Virus record (IMG/VR): IMGVR_UViG_3300045988_148972
Length of the DNA: 64,000 nt
Strand: one strand, 5' to 3'
Source: a virus
Shown: positions 15,531 through 25,496 of the stretch, piece by piece
Layout: the number at the start of each line of letters is the position of its first letter
Position numbering within the stretch: position 1 is the first letter of the stretch
Translations under genes and position numbers: made by a program
Notes under the pieces: model-generated
Databases searched by the model: none
What the model was told of the DNA's origin: nothing
The model's input: only the letters and a program-made list of their open reading frames with translations

Positions 15531-16378
15531 ATGACACTAGATGAAAAAATAGAATACTCCATTAACCTTCTTCGCAAAAGTGAAGAGATGGCATTGAGAA
15601 TGGACCCGGAGAACGGCTTTTATCTGGCGTTTTCTGGTGGGAAAGACTCCCAGGCCCTCTATCATCTTGCCGTACGGGGGGGGTGAAATTCAAGGCTCAC
15701 ATGAACCTTACAAGCGTGGACCCACCTGAAGTTATACGTTTCGTAAAAAAGAACTATCCGGACGTGGAACTGATAAAACCCAAAATGAGCATATATGATA
15801 TGGCAAAAAAGAAGGGATGTCTTCCTACCCGGCTTGTGAGATGGTGCTGCGAAGAGTTTAAGGAAAGGTCAGGTGCAGGGAAAGTCACTCTGATTGGAAT
15901 ACGAAAATCGGAGAGTACGAACCGGAAGAAAAGAAATGAAATTGAAACGGGAGACCGTAAATTCTCCGGAACATTTGACCAGTGGAGCGAACATCAGGAA
16001 AAGATGGTGACATGCGTCGGAGGGAAAGACAAAATACTGGTTTCTCCTATCCTTTACTGGACTGAAAAGGATGTATGGGATTACTTGAAACGAATGCACA
16101 TTCAATATTGCGAGCTGTACGACAAGGGATATAAAAGGATAGGATGTATTATGTGCCCCATGTCGAACTACAAACAGAATGTGCGAGAAATGAAAGATTT
16201 TCCGCACGTAGGTAAAAACTGGAGGAAAACAATTGAATGGCTGATCGAAAACAAATGGAAGGACAAACCGCTTTTGCAAGATCCTGATATGGCCCTGAAA
16301 TGGTGGATAAGCAAGAAGTCTTTCAAAGAATTTTATGCAGACGAAGTGATGCAACAGAAATTAGAGTTTAAAGATTAA
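15531..16378 (+). pseudogene. PAPS-reductase-family (PP-loop) gene split by a frame change at a G8 run
   Basis: A 51-codon ORF (15531-15686) carries FSGGKDSQ and stops just after G8 (15676-15683). The remainder (15683-16378, GCIMCP motif) is in the -1 frame. One extra G would fuse them (..AVRGGVKFKAHMN..). Confidence 0.75.
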
Positions 16379-16388
16379 AAGAAACGAT

Positions 16389-16880
16389 ATGATTAACAAA
16401 TGTACATTCATCGGTAATCTGGGGAAAGACCCCGATTATAAAGTGCTGGAAAGCGGACACAAGGTAGCAAGTTTCTCCATCGCCTGCAGCCGGAAGATAA
16501 AAAACAAGGAAAATGGAGAGACAAAGGAATATACAGAATGGATTCCCATTGTGGCCTGGGACAATCTGGCCGAAATCATCAGCCAGCTGGCCCGCAAAGG
16601 TTCGCAGGTGTATGTGGAAGGAGAGTTCCGCACACGAAGCTACGAGGCAGAAGGAACCGGAGAAAAACGCTATGTGTCCGAAATATGGACACGCGATTTT
16701 CGTCTGCTCGGGCGGAAGGCAGAATCATCGTCTGCTCCGCTTCCTACTTCGCCCGACGATTTCGGCAGTCAGTCAGCGCCGGCTTCTGCTCCTGCACCCG
16801 CTGCTTCGGTACAGTCCGAGGTAAAAGCTACGCAGGGAACGCTTAACATGACTGACGAAAAGGATGATCTTCCTTTCTAA
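16389..16880 (+). CDS. ssb: Single-stranded DNA-binding protein
   Basis: OB-fold N-terminus (CTFIGNLGKDP..EWIPIVAW), a Pro/Ser/Ala-rich linker, and the acidic tail DDLPF. Confidence 0.9.
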   Translation: MINKCTFIGNLGKDPDYKVLESGHKVASFSIACSRKIKNKENGETKEYTEWIPIVAWDNLAEIISQLARKGSQVYVEGEFRTRSYEAEGTGEKRYVSEIWTRDFRLLGRKAESSSAPLPTSPDDFGSQSAPASAPAPAASVQSEVKATQGTLNMTDEKDDLPF

Positions 16881-16906
16881 TACGAACAGATTAATCATTT
16901 AGCGAT

Positions 16907-17362
16907 ATGAACGAATTTACAAACCCGGCAGGGAATCTGGGAAACAATCCTTTCTTGCAGGCTCCCTCCACCATTTCACCCATGAAGGGGAAAAGCTCTG
17001 AAACAGGGCTTGCGGCTTCTATGAGCCGTCCGAAATCCATGATTCCCGGCACACGAAACCGGTTTGACCGCTACACTGCACAGCAGCGCATGGCCAGTGC
17101 AGACATTCTTAACGCCCACCTACTCATGGTGGAAATCATGATGACAAATATCACTCAGAAATACATCTACGAAGTGGTTTCCTGCCTGAAGGAACGCGGA
17201 CTGATGCGTCACAACATGAAGCGCAGGGCCAACGAACTGGTAAATCTGTCTAGTGACCTTATGAAGCGATGCAATGCGCACGATGCCATGCAGGTTCGTA
17301 CCTTTACAGAAACCATCCACCCCGGGCTGTCCGGAAGTTTTATTAGGGGGGCGGCACACTGA
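16907..17362 (+). CDS. Hypothetical protein (151 aa), possibly the N-terminal part of a longer frameshifted gene
   Basis: The ORF stops 11 nt after a G6 run (17346-17351). The -1 frame is open from 17347 into the next ORF. Confidence 0.5.
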   Translation: MNEFTNPAGNLGNNPFLQAPSTISPMKGKSSETGLAASMSRPKSMIPGTRNRFDRYTAQQRMASADILNAHLLMVEIMMTNITQKYIYEVVSCLKERGLMRHNMKRRANELVNLSSDLMKRCNAHDAMQVRTFTETIHPGLSGSFIRGAAH

Positions 17363-17454
17363 CACAGAAGCTTCAGAACATCTTCTGGAAAACCTATGGA
17401 GAAAAAATCAACCTCATTTATTTTGCTACAAAGAATGCGCTCGACAAGTGCAAC

Positions 17455-18633
17455 GTGCGCCAGAGCGACCTTGTATCGAATATGGAGATGGTGGCCATGA
17501 TGTGTACCACCGGAATCGAGTTCTACGACTGCATGTGCCGGAAGGTGGACGGTCTGCTCAACGGAGTAGGGAAGGTGAACCGGCAGAAAAGCCAGCACAA
17601 CGAAAAGATGATGGCTGCGGTGAAAGATATGCTGCGTGAGATGGTGGGAAACATTGAAATACCCGATAAGGAGGGAACGGATGTGCGCACCTTGACCGCA
17701 CAGTTCCAGATGGAGCTGGTGAAAGACGACCTGCTGAAACTGGTGGAGAGCGGGATTGTTTCGCTACAGGTAGAGTTTATAGAATACGTCATCGCCAGTT
17801 TGCGCATGAAGATGGCCGGAGAAGAGCTCTGCTTTCAGGACTACCGCACACTGATGGCACGCATGGGCACTAAGAACAACGTGCGCATGCTGCTGAATGA
17901 AATCGCTTCGCTTCCTCTTCCTGAATCGGAAGACTATGAGGTGTACGATGTCATGGAAATGCTGCCCGATGCAAAGGCAGAAGGCGAAAGCGTGATTGAC
18001 AAGTTCCGTCACCTCTGCCTGGAAGATCATATCCGCACAGTACCTGAAACAAACGAATCCATTACTCTCAGAAAGCTTCGTCAGGAAGTCTACCGAAATC
18101 ACGGCACACTGAGTATGCTTACCCTACGCTATCTGTACAACGTGTTTGGCACAAAGAAGGCTATGGCAGAATACATAGCGCGTGCGGATGCCGACGTGAT
18201 GGCCCGTACACTCCGTATGCTGAAAACGGTCAAAGTGAGTCAGCTTGCACTGAAAGACGGATGCCGCTACGAACTCAACCTCGGTCAGGGCGTGCGTGCC
18301 ATGTATGAGATGCGTGGATATACCCGCGAAAAGTTTGCTTCCATGGCAGGTGTAGGAACAGACCGGCTGCTGGAACTGGAAGCCATGGGCGACATTGCAC
18401 GCTATCCCAATGCAGAGAAAGCCGTCGGTCCGCTTGTAATGGACGTGGGTAAGATGCTGGGTGCAAATCCCAGGTATGTGCTATTTGCTTCCCTACGTGA
18501 GACAAAAGAGAAAGGCACACTCCCGGAGGTTTACAAACGTCTTTTCCGAGAAATTGAGAAAGTATATAACGATACCAACTATAAATCAAAAGAAGATGGG
18601 AAAGAAGATGGGAAAGAAGAGAAAAAGGAATAA
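17455..18633 (+). CDS. Hypothetical protein with a C-terminal XRE-like HTH (at least 392 aa)
   Basis: The frame is open upstream to 17347 without an ATG. HTH is YTREKFASMAGVGTDRLLELEAMG. Lys/Glu-rich tail. Confidence 0.6.
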   Translation: MRQSDLVSNMEMVAMMCTTGIEFYDCMCRKVDGLLNGVGKVNRQKSQHNEKMMAAVKDMLREMVGNIEIPDKEGTDVRTLTAQFQMELVKDDLLKLVESGIVSLQVEFIEYVIASLRMKMAGEELCFQDYRTLMARMGTKNNVRMLLNEIASLPLPESEDYEVYDVMEMLPDAKAEGESVIDKFRHLCLEDHIRTVPETNESITLRKLRQEVYRNHGTLSMLTLRYLYNVFGTKKAMAEYIARADADVMARTLRMLKTVKVSQLALKDGCRYELNLGQGVRAMYEMRGYTREKFASMAGVGTDRLLELEAMGDIARYPNAEKAVGPLVMDVGKMLGANPRYVLFASLRETKEKGTLPEVYKRLFREIEKVYNDTNYKSKEDGKEDGKEEKKE

Positions 18634-18769
18634 CAAACGAGTAAATCCGCCTGAAATAAATAAAAGAATACTCAATGGTTTCCTTGATATGGAATCAGAC
18701 GCTGGAAATATGATGGAACTATTCGGAGGTTTCTGGCCATTAATTGAGAAAAAGAACAGGATATGTTAA
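18596..18769 (+). CDS. Small basic protein (57 aa), tentative
   Basis: Read by hand as MGKKMGKKRKRNNKRV.... Its stop overlaps the next start (ATGTTAA). Confidence 0.3.
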   Translation: MGKKMGKKRKRNNKRVNPPEINKRILNGFLDMESDAGNMMELFGGFWPLIEKKNRIC

Positions 18770-19683
18770 ACATCCGAGATATAACCGAAGTTCCACAGCT
18801 TGATTTCAGAAAAATAATAGGCAATAAACAACCATCAGGAACTAAAATAGCAACATATATGGAAGGTAAAATTAACGTATCAAAATTCAGTGTCGGGCAG
18901 GTAGTAAAGCTGAAAGATTACGACGCGCTTAAATTGGCAAATGAGACCCTTACGTATCAGATGGGGGAATTTGATTTAAAAAGTATCTCAAATGCTCAGG
19001 TTGCAATCTACAAAGTGCATAATACCCGTCAGCTCCACAAGGACGGGAAGCCGGTGTTCTGGTATGAGGTAGGTCAGTGGGGTCGGAACATAGTCGACGT
19101 TCCGGAAGATTTTCTGGAAGAACTGCCTGAACCGGTAAATATACCTGATGATAACGAAGGAGGAGAGAAACAACCGGAGAATCCTGTAGAAGAAACTATG
19201 GATGAAATGGTTGAGAAGTTTGAAGAGGTGCTGCACGAGCTGGTATCTTACGATAAAATGGCAGGTGTAGATCCTAATCTTTATCATATCAGAATAGGAA
19301 ATTTGTTCAAGCCATGTTTTAAGGATGATATTACCTATTCAGACCGGATAGAAGGCTTGCTGCATATTACAAGCATCGCACGTGCTGCATATCAACACTA
19401 TGCGCAAGTTACGCTTTCTATGTCCGAAATCAGTCAAGAACAGCTTTACACTTACCGAAAAAAGAACGCCGACTATGGAAACGCCTTTGAAAAGTCAATG
19501 GACGAAGACGGAATACTGGTAGCTAAAATCCGCATCGGTGACAAAATTCGGAGAATAAATTCCCTGATTAAAAATGGTGGTGAAGGACAGGTGAAGGACG
19601 AAAGGCTGGAAGATACTTATCTCGACCTGGCCAACTACTGCGTGATGACAATTCTTTGGATTAGAAAACAACAATCTAAATAA
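18763..19683 (+). CDS. Protein with a C-terminal DUF1599-like helical domain (306 aa)
   Basis: KNADYGNAFEKS...IGDKIRRINSL...EDTYLDLANYCVM resembles DUF1599 (nucleotide-modification-associated). Confidence 0.45.
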   Translation: MLNIRDITEVPQLDFRKIIGNKQPSGTKIATYMEGKINVSKFSVGQVVKLKDYDALKLANETLTYQMGEFDLKSISNAQVAIYKVHNTRQLHKDGKPVFWYEVGQWGRNIVDVPEDFLEELPEPVNIPDDNEGGEKQPENPVEETMDEMVEKFEEVLHELVSYDKMAGVDPNLYHIRIGNLFKPCFKDDITYSDRIEGLLHITSIARAAYQHYAQVTLSMSEISQEQLYTYRKKNADYGNAFEKSMDEDGILVAKIRIGDKIRRINSLIKNGGEGQVKDERLEDTYLDLANYCVMTILWIRKQQSK

Positions 19684-19690
19684 AACAACT

Positions 19691-19921
19691 ATGGCAGGAA
19701 GTAATATCAGCAGAGATCACATCGCCATGGAAGCGATGAAAGTAATAATGGAAAAAACAACTTCAAATAGCATGAAAATGAAGAACAGAATAAAAAAATT
19801 CCTAGGAATGAATTATCGTACAGTTATAGCGTTCGACCAAAAAGCGATAGCTAAATTATCATACGAAATGGCCGATGCAATGATTTCCCAACGCGAAAAA
19901 ATACGGGAGGACAAATTATGA
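19691..19921 (+). CDS. Hypothetical protein (76 aa)
   Basis: ORF. Confidence 0.5.
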   Translation: MAGSNISRDHIAMEAMKVIMEKTTSNSMKMKNRIKKFLGMNYRTVIAFDQKAIAKLSYEMADAMISQREKIREDKL

Positions 19922-20649
19922 TGCACACATGGTTTGAAGGGAAAATCCGCTACGAAAAGGTAGCGGAAAACGGGATGAACAAGAAAGTGACAGAGCCCTA
20001 TCTGGTAGACGCACTAAGTTTCACCGAAGCCGAAGCACGGCTTATTGAAGAAGTCACCCCGTTTATTTCGGGAGAGTTCACCGTTACCGACATCAAGCGG
20101 GCCAACTACAGCGAAATATTCCCGTCCGACGAGGAAGCTGCCGACAAGTGGTACAAATGCAAGCTGTACTTTATCACCATCGACGAGAAAAGCGGTGCGG
20201 AGAAGAAGACAGCTACCAATATCCTGGTACAGGCTGCCGACCTTCGCGATGCGGTGAAGAAGCTGGACGAAGGCATGAAAGGAACGATGGCCGATTACGT
20301 TATTGCATCCATCGCTGAAACCGCCATCATGGACGTATATCCGTATCAGGCCGAATATGAAGTACAGCCCGAGTTCGAGGAATACGACTATGAGAAATTG
20401 TCTGCGGCCGCCCGTGTATGCCACAGCTTAGGCCTTACCGAGGAAGACGGAAGGAAATGTATCGGAACAGGACCAATAGATGTGCTGAATGCTCATTACG
20501 GTTACGGGAGCGGACTGAAGCTTATTCGGCAACTTATCAACAAAGGCGTGCTAAAACGTGATGGAGACTACATTTCTGTGGTAGACAAGCCGCTGGAAGA
20601 GTTCGACTGGTACATCAAACAGAAGGAAGACGATGGAAAAGTGGAATAA
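19918..20649 (+). CDS. DUF4494-domain protein (243 aa)
   Basis: HTWFEGKIRYEKVAENGMNKKVTEPYLVDALSFTEAEARLIEE...KCKLYFITIDEKSGAEKKTA matches the remembered Bacteroidales DUF4494. Confidence 0.6.
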   Translation: MMHTWFEGKIRYEKVAENGMNKKVTEPYLVDALSFTEAEARLIEEVTPFISGEFTVTDIKRANYSEIFPSDEEAADKWYKCKLYFITIDEKSGAEKKTATNILVQAADLRDAVKKLDEGMKGTMADYVIASIAETAIMDVYPYQAEYEVQPEFEEYDYEKLSAAARVCHSLGLTEEDGRKCIGTGPIDVLNAHYGYGSGLKLIRQLINKGVLKRDGDYISVVDKPLEEFDWYIKQKEDDGKVE

Positions 20650-20908
20650 GGCACTGGACATTCCGGTAGAGATACTATTCAAGTACCTCTGCCGGGACTA
20701 CCGGCGCGAACAGTCACGCACGGCAGAACTGGAGAAGAAGGTGGAAAAGCTTCAGGCAGAGTTGAACTATGAGCGGAACAACACGCCCACGGTGGAGAAG
20801 TTGCAACGCCAGGTAACATCGCTCAAAACAAAGGTCCGCGAGCAGGAAGGAACCATCAAGGTGAGAAACCTCACCATCAAACGGTTGAAAGGTGAAATAG
20901 GTGGATGA
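20633..20908 (+). CDS. Coiled-coil protein (91 aa)
   Basis: ORF. Heptad-like, Lys/Glu-rich. Confidence 0.5.
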   Translation: MEKWNKALDIPVEILFKYLCRDYRREQSRTAELEKKVEKLQAELNYERNNTPTVEKLQRQVTSLKTKVREQEGTIKVRNLTIKRLKGEIGG

Positions 20909-21632
20909 TATGGGAACGCTGGAAAAATTTGAATATACGGAAATGAGAATCCAGGACGGGCTTCGCAACTTCATGAGCTCGCCGAGGTTCTTTCTTCGCA
21001 ATATGTACGTGTTCGGGTGGGAGAGTGACGTGCTGATACTAACGAACTCCGGATACTGGTACGAGATAGAAATCAAAATTTCGCGTGCCGACTTCCACAA
21101 CGACCAGAAGCATAAATCGCAGAAGTTTAATTTCATGGCCGACGGAGACACACGTAACAAACCGCATTATTTCTACTATGCCGTGCCGGAAGGAATGATT
21201 TCGCCCGACGAAGTACCCCCGTTTGCCGGTCTGATTTACATGCACCGTTCCCGTCCGGAAGTTATCAAGAAGGCTCCAAGACTTCATAAAGGAAAAATCA
21301 GAGAAGAAGGTCTGGGACTGGCCGACAAATTCTATCACCACATGGTAAAGGCAAAGACAGAATGCGCACGGGCCCGTAAAGAAGTAAGGGATCTTTATAA
21401 GCCATTCCGGAAGGGATACAAGATGGGAGCCATGAGTGCCGTAGATGTAGCCTTACAGAAATTCCGTCTGCTTTGCCCGTATCACAAAGAGATAGATCAG
21501 GTGAAATTCTTCTGCGAAAAACAGCAAAAGCAGTTCCGTTTCTTCTGCCATGGAGAATGTGGCCTACTGGATAAGCTTCAGGATGAAATGGAGAAATCAC
21601 TTAAAATCGGAGCCTATGTGGAACAGAAATAA
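20901..21632 (+). CDS. PD-(D/E)xK nuclease-fold protein, MmcB-like (243 aa)
   Basis: GWESDVLILT...YEIEIKISRADF...HYFYYAVPEGM pattern. Confidence 0.45.
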   Translation: MDDMGTLEKFEYTEMRIQDGLRNFMSSPRFFLRNMYVFGWESDVLILTNSGYWYEIEIKISRADFHNDQKHKSQKFNFMADGDTRNKPHYFYYAVPEGMISPDEVPPFAGLIYMHRSRPEVIKKAPRLHKGKIREEGLGLADKFYHHMVKAKTECARARKEVRDLYKPFRKGYKMGAMSAVDVALQKFRLLCPYHKEIDQVKFFCEKQQKQFRFFCHGECGLLDKLQDEMEKSLKIGAYVEQK

Positions 21633-22374
21633 AAAATATAGGGACTGGTTGCGTGCGCAGCTTGGATTCAAATATCAGGAAAGTATGTTCCCTGAAGAAG
21701 AATATCCGGAACTGAACGAAGAAAAAATTCTGGAGGCCATACATGTTATTTCCGTTGCAAGCAAACTTCCGGAGAATAGGATAAAAGAGGCTGTTATAAA
21801 ACTTATCAATGAACAGCAAATTCTATTTATGGAATCCGTAAATAGTGTGGCTCAAGCGGTAAGTAACCTTACTGACGCAAGTATTTTATCCGCAGAAGCA
21901 CTTTCAAAGTGTGCCGATAGTATTCTTAATACCCAGAAAGAATGGCCGGAAAATTCACGCACTAATAATGTGCCGATATTCTTTATGAGTGATAATCCGA
22001 TAGCTGTTGATCTGTGTTCCGACGAGATATTTAAAGAAAAGGATATTTATCTGGACAGTAATACATACGGGAAAGAATCGTACACTGCTACAATAGAAAT
22101 TCCATATACCACAGAGTTTGAGCGTTTCAGACAAAACATTGTAGACTCACAGATTCTTGTTGTCAGAAGGAATTATTACGACCAGGAAAGATATGAGAGC
22201 CAGCATGAGATAGCCAACCGAAATCGCCACACCTCACGCCATGTGCCGTTCTATTTCAGTATTGTCGGTCAGAACCGTCACGTTCCCCGGAAGGACGGTA
22301 AGAAGTACCATACAAAGTTTAACCGGAATGTGCGTCCGAAGGGTACACACTCACATTTTAAGTTTTACAAATAA
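21616..22374 (+). CDS. Hypothetical protein with a basic C-terminal tail (252 aa)
   Basis: Internal ATG chosen to reduce the overlap with the upstream gene. The track ORF starts at 21550. Confidence 0.5.
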   Translation: MWNRNKKYRDWLRAQLGFKYQESMFPEEEYPELNEEKILEAIHVISVASKLPENRIKEAVIKLINEQQILFMESVNSVAQAVSNLTDASILSAEALSKCADSILNTQKEWPENSRTNNVPIFFMSDNPIAVDLCSDEIFKEKDIYLDSNTYGKESYTATIEIPYTTEFERFRQNIVDSQILVVRRNYYDQERYESQHEIANRNRHTSRHVPFYFSIVGQNRHVPRKDGKKYHTKFNRNVRPKGTHSHFKFYK

Positions 22375-22389
22375 CCAAACACAATAAGG

Positions 22390-24105
22390 ATGAAGAATAA
22401 AATACGAGTCTTTGAAGCATTTGCAGGATATGGTTCGCAGTCTATGGCATTGCATAGGTTGGGGATAGATTATGAAGTGGTTGGAATAAGTGAAATTGAC
22501 AAGTACGCCATTCAGGCTTATATGGCCGTGCATGGAGACACTCCCAATTATGGCGACATATTAAAGATAGACTGGAGCAGTGTTCCTGATTTTGATTTTC
22601 TGACATACTCATTCCCTTGTACCGACATAAGTACAGCCGGACAGCAGAAAGGGCTTGCAGAGGGTAGCGGAACACGAAGCAGTCTGCTTTGGGAATGTCG
22701 TAAGGCTATAGAGGCGAAGCGTCCGAAGTATCTGCTTATGGAGAACGTGAAGAACCTCGTATCGAAGAAGTTTACCCCGTATCTGAAAGAATGGCTCAGA
22801 TTTCTTGAAGGGCAGGGCTACAGCAATTATACGAAAGTTCTCAACGCAAAGGACTTCGGAGTGCCGCAAAACAGGGAACGTGTCTTTATGGTTTCGATAT
22901 TGGGCGAGGCTTCGTTCCATTTTCCGAAACCTTTCACTCTGGAGAAAAGGCTGAAAGATGTTCTTGAACAGGATGTGGATGAAAGTTTTTATCTGAGCGA
23001 GAAGATTGTAAAGACATTTCTTGCAAGAAACGAGAAGAACAAGGCTAAAGGAAACGGGTTTAAGTTTGCTCCTACAATGGGTGATGTGATTGCATCAAGT
23101 ATTTTGACTAATTCCGGTTCAAGGGATTGCGATAATTTCGTTTATGTAGTAGGAAACACAAATCCTTCAGGCCATGGAATGAATGGAAACGTATTCAATT
23201 CAAACGGATTGTGTCCTACTTTGACAACAAACAAAGGTGAAGGTCCAAGAATTTTGGAATCAGTGCCAACAGGTTTTAGCTCAAAAGAAAGAAAATATGG
23301 GAATAAAAGAGTACAATCATTGGTTAATAGTGGAAAAATCAGTGGTCATGAAGTTCAATTTCTTGATGCTTATAATCAAACAGTATCTGATATATGTGGA
23401 ACAATTAAGACGACTGTGGATTCTTCTTGTTTAAGTTTTATTTCAGAACCTATAAATCAAGCACTAATTATAAAACAAGCAACTAAAAAAGGATATATAG
23501 AAATCCCGCCAGGTGGGGTATTCGATGCTTCTTATCCTGAAAGCTTAACGAGAAGAGGTAGGGTACAAGATAACGGCAAAGTTTCTCCTACGTTGACAGC
23601 AGGCGGAGAGCCTCCATGTCTTTATGAGGGAATAGAAGCAAAAATCTTTCAATCTCCACGCGGATTTAATAAAGGTGCAATATTAGATAATTGTTCGGCT
23701 ATAACGTCAAGCCGATGGCAGGATAATAATTTCGTAGTAGAACCTAAAATTATTCAGGTAGGCAATTTATTTGAAGACAAAGGTTTTAAGAATCCTCAAA
23801 GAGGTAGAGTTTACAATCCCATAGGCATAAGTCCTAATATAGATACAATGGGAGGAGGTAATTTAGAACCTAAAATAATTGAAGGCTTTACAAATTACCG
23901 AATCCGTAAACTCACACCTCGCGAATGTTTCCGACTTATGGGAGTTTCCGAAAAAGATATAGACAATATTCAGAAGTCAGGCATCAGCAAGACGCAGCAA
24001 TACAAAATGGCCGGCAACAGCATTGTGGTAGATGTTCTTTATTACATCTTCAAGAAAATGTTCGTCGACAAGTCGTGCGAAGATGCGCAATTATCTATTT
24101 TTTAG
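22390..24105 (+). CDS. DNA (cytosine-5) methyltransferase with an unusually long target-recognition region (571 aa)
   Basis: Motif I FAGYGSQ, IV FPCTDIS, VI MENVKNL, VIII QNRERVF, X YKMAGNSI. About 330 aa lie between VIII and IX/X, with two PTLT-type elements (CPTLTTNKGEG, SPTLTAGGEPP). Confidence 0.9.
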   Translation: MKNKIRVFEAFAGYGSQSMALHRLGIDYEVVGISEIDKYAIQAYMAVHGDTPNYGDILKIDWSSVPDFDFLTYSFPCTDISTAGQQKGLAEGSGTRSSLLWECRKAIEAKRPKYLLMENVKNLVSKKFTPYLKEWLRFLEGQGYSNYTKVLNAKDFGVPQNRERVFMVSILGEASFHFPKPFTLEKRLKDVLEQDVDESFYLSEKIVKTFLARNEKNKAKGNGFKFAPTMGDVIASSILTNSGSRDCDNFVYVVGNTNPSGHGMNGNVFNSNGLCPTLTTNKGEGPRILESVPTGFSSKERKYGNKRVQSLVNSGKISGHEVQFLDAYNQTVSDICGTIKTTVDSSCLSFISEPINQALIIKQATKKGYIEIPPGGVFDASYPESLTRRGRVQDNGKVSPTLTAGGEPPCLYEGIEAKIFQSPRGFNKGAILDNCSAITSSRWQDNNFVVEPKIIQVGNLFEDKGFKNPQRGRVYNPIGISPNIDTMGGGNLEPKIIEGFTNYRIRKLTPRECFRLMGVSEKDIDNIQKSGISKTQQYKMAGNSIVVDVLYYIFKKMFVDKSCEDAQLSIF

Positions 24106-24324
24106 ATTTCAAATTTTACAGATAAACCAAAACCACTAAAAAGAAGAAAAATGAAAACAATCAAGACACACACAGGAAAGATTTATGTAGATTCAGAAAA
24201 GAAGCTGGAATTTCTTACCGTAGAAAAACCGATGAAAAGGATACATGTTCACACTAATTTTATCAGGTAATACGGGATGATATAATTTTGACATAAACCT
24301 AATTATGTTTAATCAGCTTTGAAA

Positions 24325-24831
24325 ATGGATAATTCTAAAGTAAAACAGCGAAAGAAAGTATGTACCAAATGCGGCAGGAAGTTATGGCTTCGTGAATTCT
24401 ATAGGAACAGTAATGGAAAACTTTTCTCAGAATGTAAGGAATGCAACAAAAAGCGCAATATAGAACAATACAAGAAAACCCAAAAAGTCGCAGACGGAAT
24501 ATTCTACCACAAATCGTATGGAAGAATAATGGTTCACAATGGAAAATCTACTTGCATATTCTGGTCTCCTGCAATGATCAGTTACCTTCAGAAGCACTTC
24601 TCTACCACAAAAAATCAGGAATTGGCAGAAGTGCTTGGAGTGTCTTTACGTACAATCACTCGAAAGGCACGTGAGCTTCACTTATATAAAAATTCCGAGT
24701 GGCTTCAAGGAGTTTGGAATGAACACAGGCTTATAGCCCAGTCTGAGAGCAAGCGTAAGGGATATCCGGGATCGTTTAAACCCGGATGCACTGTTGGAAA
24801 ATATTATTGGTTCAAGAAAAAAACTACATAA
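24325..24831 (+). CDS. Zinc-ribbon + HTH DNA-binding protein (168 aa)
   Basis: CTKCGRK...CKECNKKR, then NQELAEVLGVSLRTITRKARELHL. Confidence 0.55.
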   Translation: MDNSKVKQRKKVCTKCGRKLWLREFYRNSNGKLFSECKECNKKRNIEQYKKTQKVADGIFYHKSYGRIMVHNGKSTCIFWSPAMISYLQKHFSTTKNQELAEVLGVSLRTITRKARELHLYKNSEWLQGVWNEHRLIAQSESKRKGYPGSFKPGCTVGKYYWFKKKTT

Positions 24832-24837
24832 AAATAT

Positions 24838-25458
24838 ATGGAAAACGGAAACGTGGTAAAAAGAATCAGCCATCCTGTCGTTGCCGTAAATCCAAACGGA
24901 ACAGTGGCTGGATATTTCAGTTCAATAAAAGAAGCAGCTGTAAAAAGTGGAAGAGGACGGCATGCCATATCACTGAGTTGTCGTAAAGGTTCTATATGCA
25001 AAGGATTCAAATGGTATTACGAAAAGGATTTCAGGAAATTATACAAGGAACAACGTATGGATGAACTGAAATTTTCCCCTGATCCAAACAGGGAAAAAGA
25101 CTCTGGACATTATTGTAAAGGGCATAAGCAATATAAAAGATTTCAGGACTGGTCAAAAGAACTGCAAGAAAAGAGAAGAGTTATTTCGAGAGAAAACTGT
25201 TTAAGGCTTATAAATGACCCTGATAGTAATTTTGGTCCACACCGCAAATCACCTCCTGGAATCTGCAAAAAAGTAATTGCATTGGAGACAGGAGAAGTGT
25301 ATTATTCGGTAGCTGAATGTGCGAGAAAGAACGGAGTTGGACTGTCAGCGTTATTTGCTTCTTTAAGAAGGGGTACCAGGTGCGGAGGAAAAAAATATAT
25401 GTTTTACTCTGTGTATGAAGAAGTGAACAAAAAACTAAAAGAAAAGGGAGTAATTTAG
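24838..25458 (+). CDS. Protein with NUMOD1/IENR-like DNA-binding repeats (206 aa)
   Basis: Two modules (YFSSIKEAAVKSGRGRHAIS and YYSVAECARKNGVGLSALFASL), as in homing-endonuclease DNA-binding tails. No nuclease motif seen. Confidence 0.45.
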   Translation: MENGNVVKRISHPVVAVNPNGTVAGYFSSIKEAAVKSGRGRHAISLSCRKGSICKGFKWYYEKDFRKLYKEQRMDELKFSPDPNREKDSGHYCKGHKQYKRFQDWSKELQEKRRVISRENCLRLINDPDSNFGPHRKSPPGICKKVIALETGEVYYSVAECARKNGVGLSALFASLRRGTRCGGKKYMFYSVYEEVNKKLKEKGVI

Positions 25459-25496
25459 AAAACTACTTTTACATAAAAACATAAAAGTATAAATGT

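Noticed and set aside
16513-16846. Two about-100-aa ORFs in alternative frames inside ssb
   Set aside because: They are Arg/Ser/Cys-rich off-frame products of a G+C-richer gene, and ssb itself is unambiguous.
17274-17639. 121-aa ORF in the third frame across the G6 junction region
   Set aside because: It is Arg/Pro/Gly-rich off-frame sequence overlapping two better ORFs.
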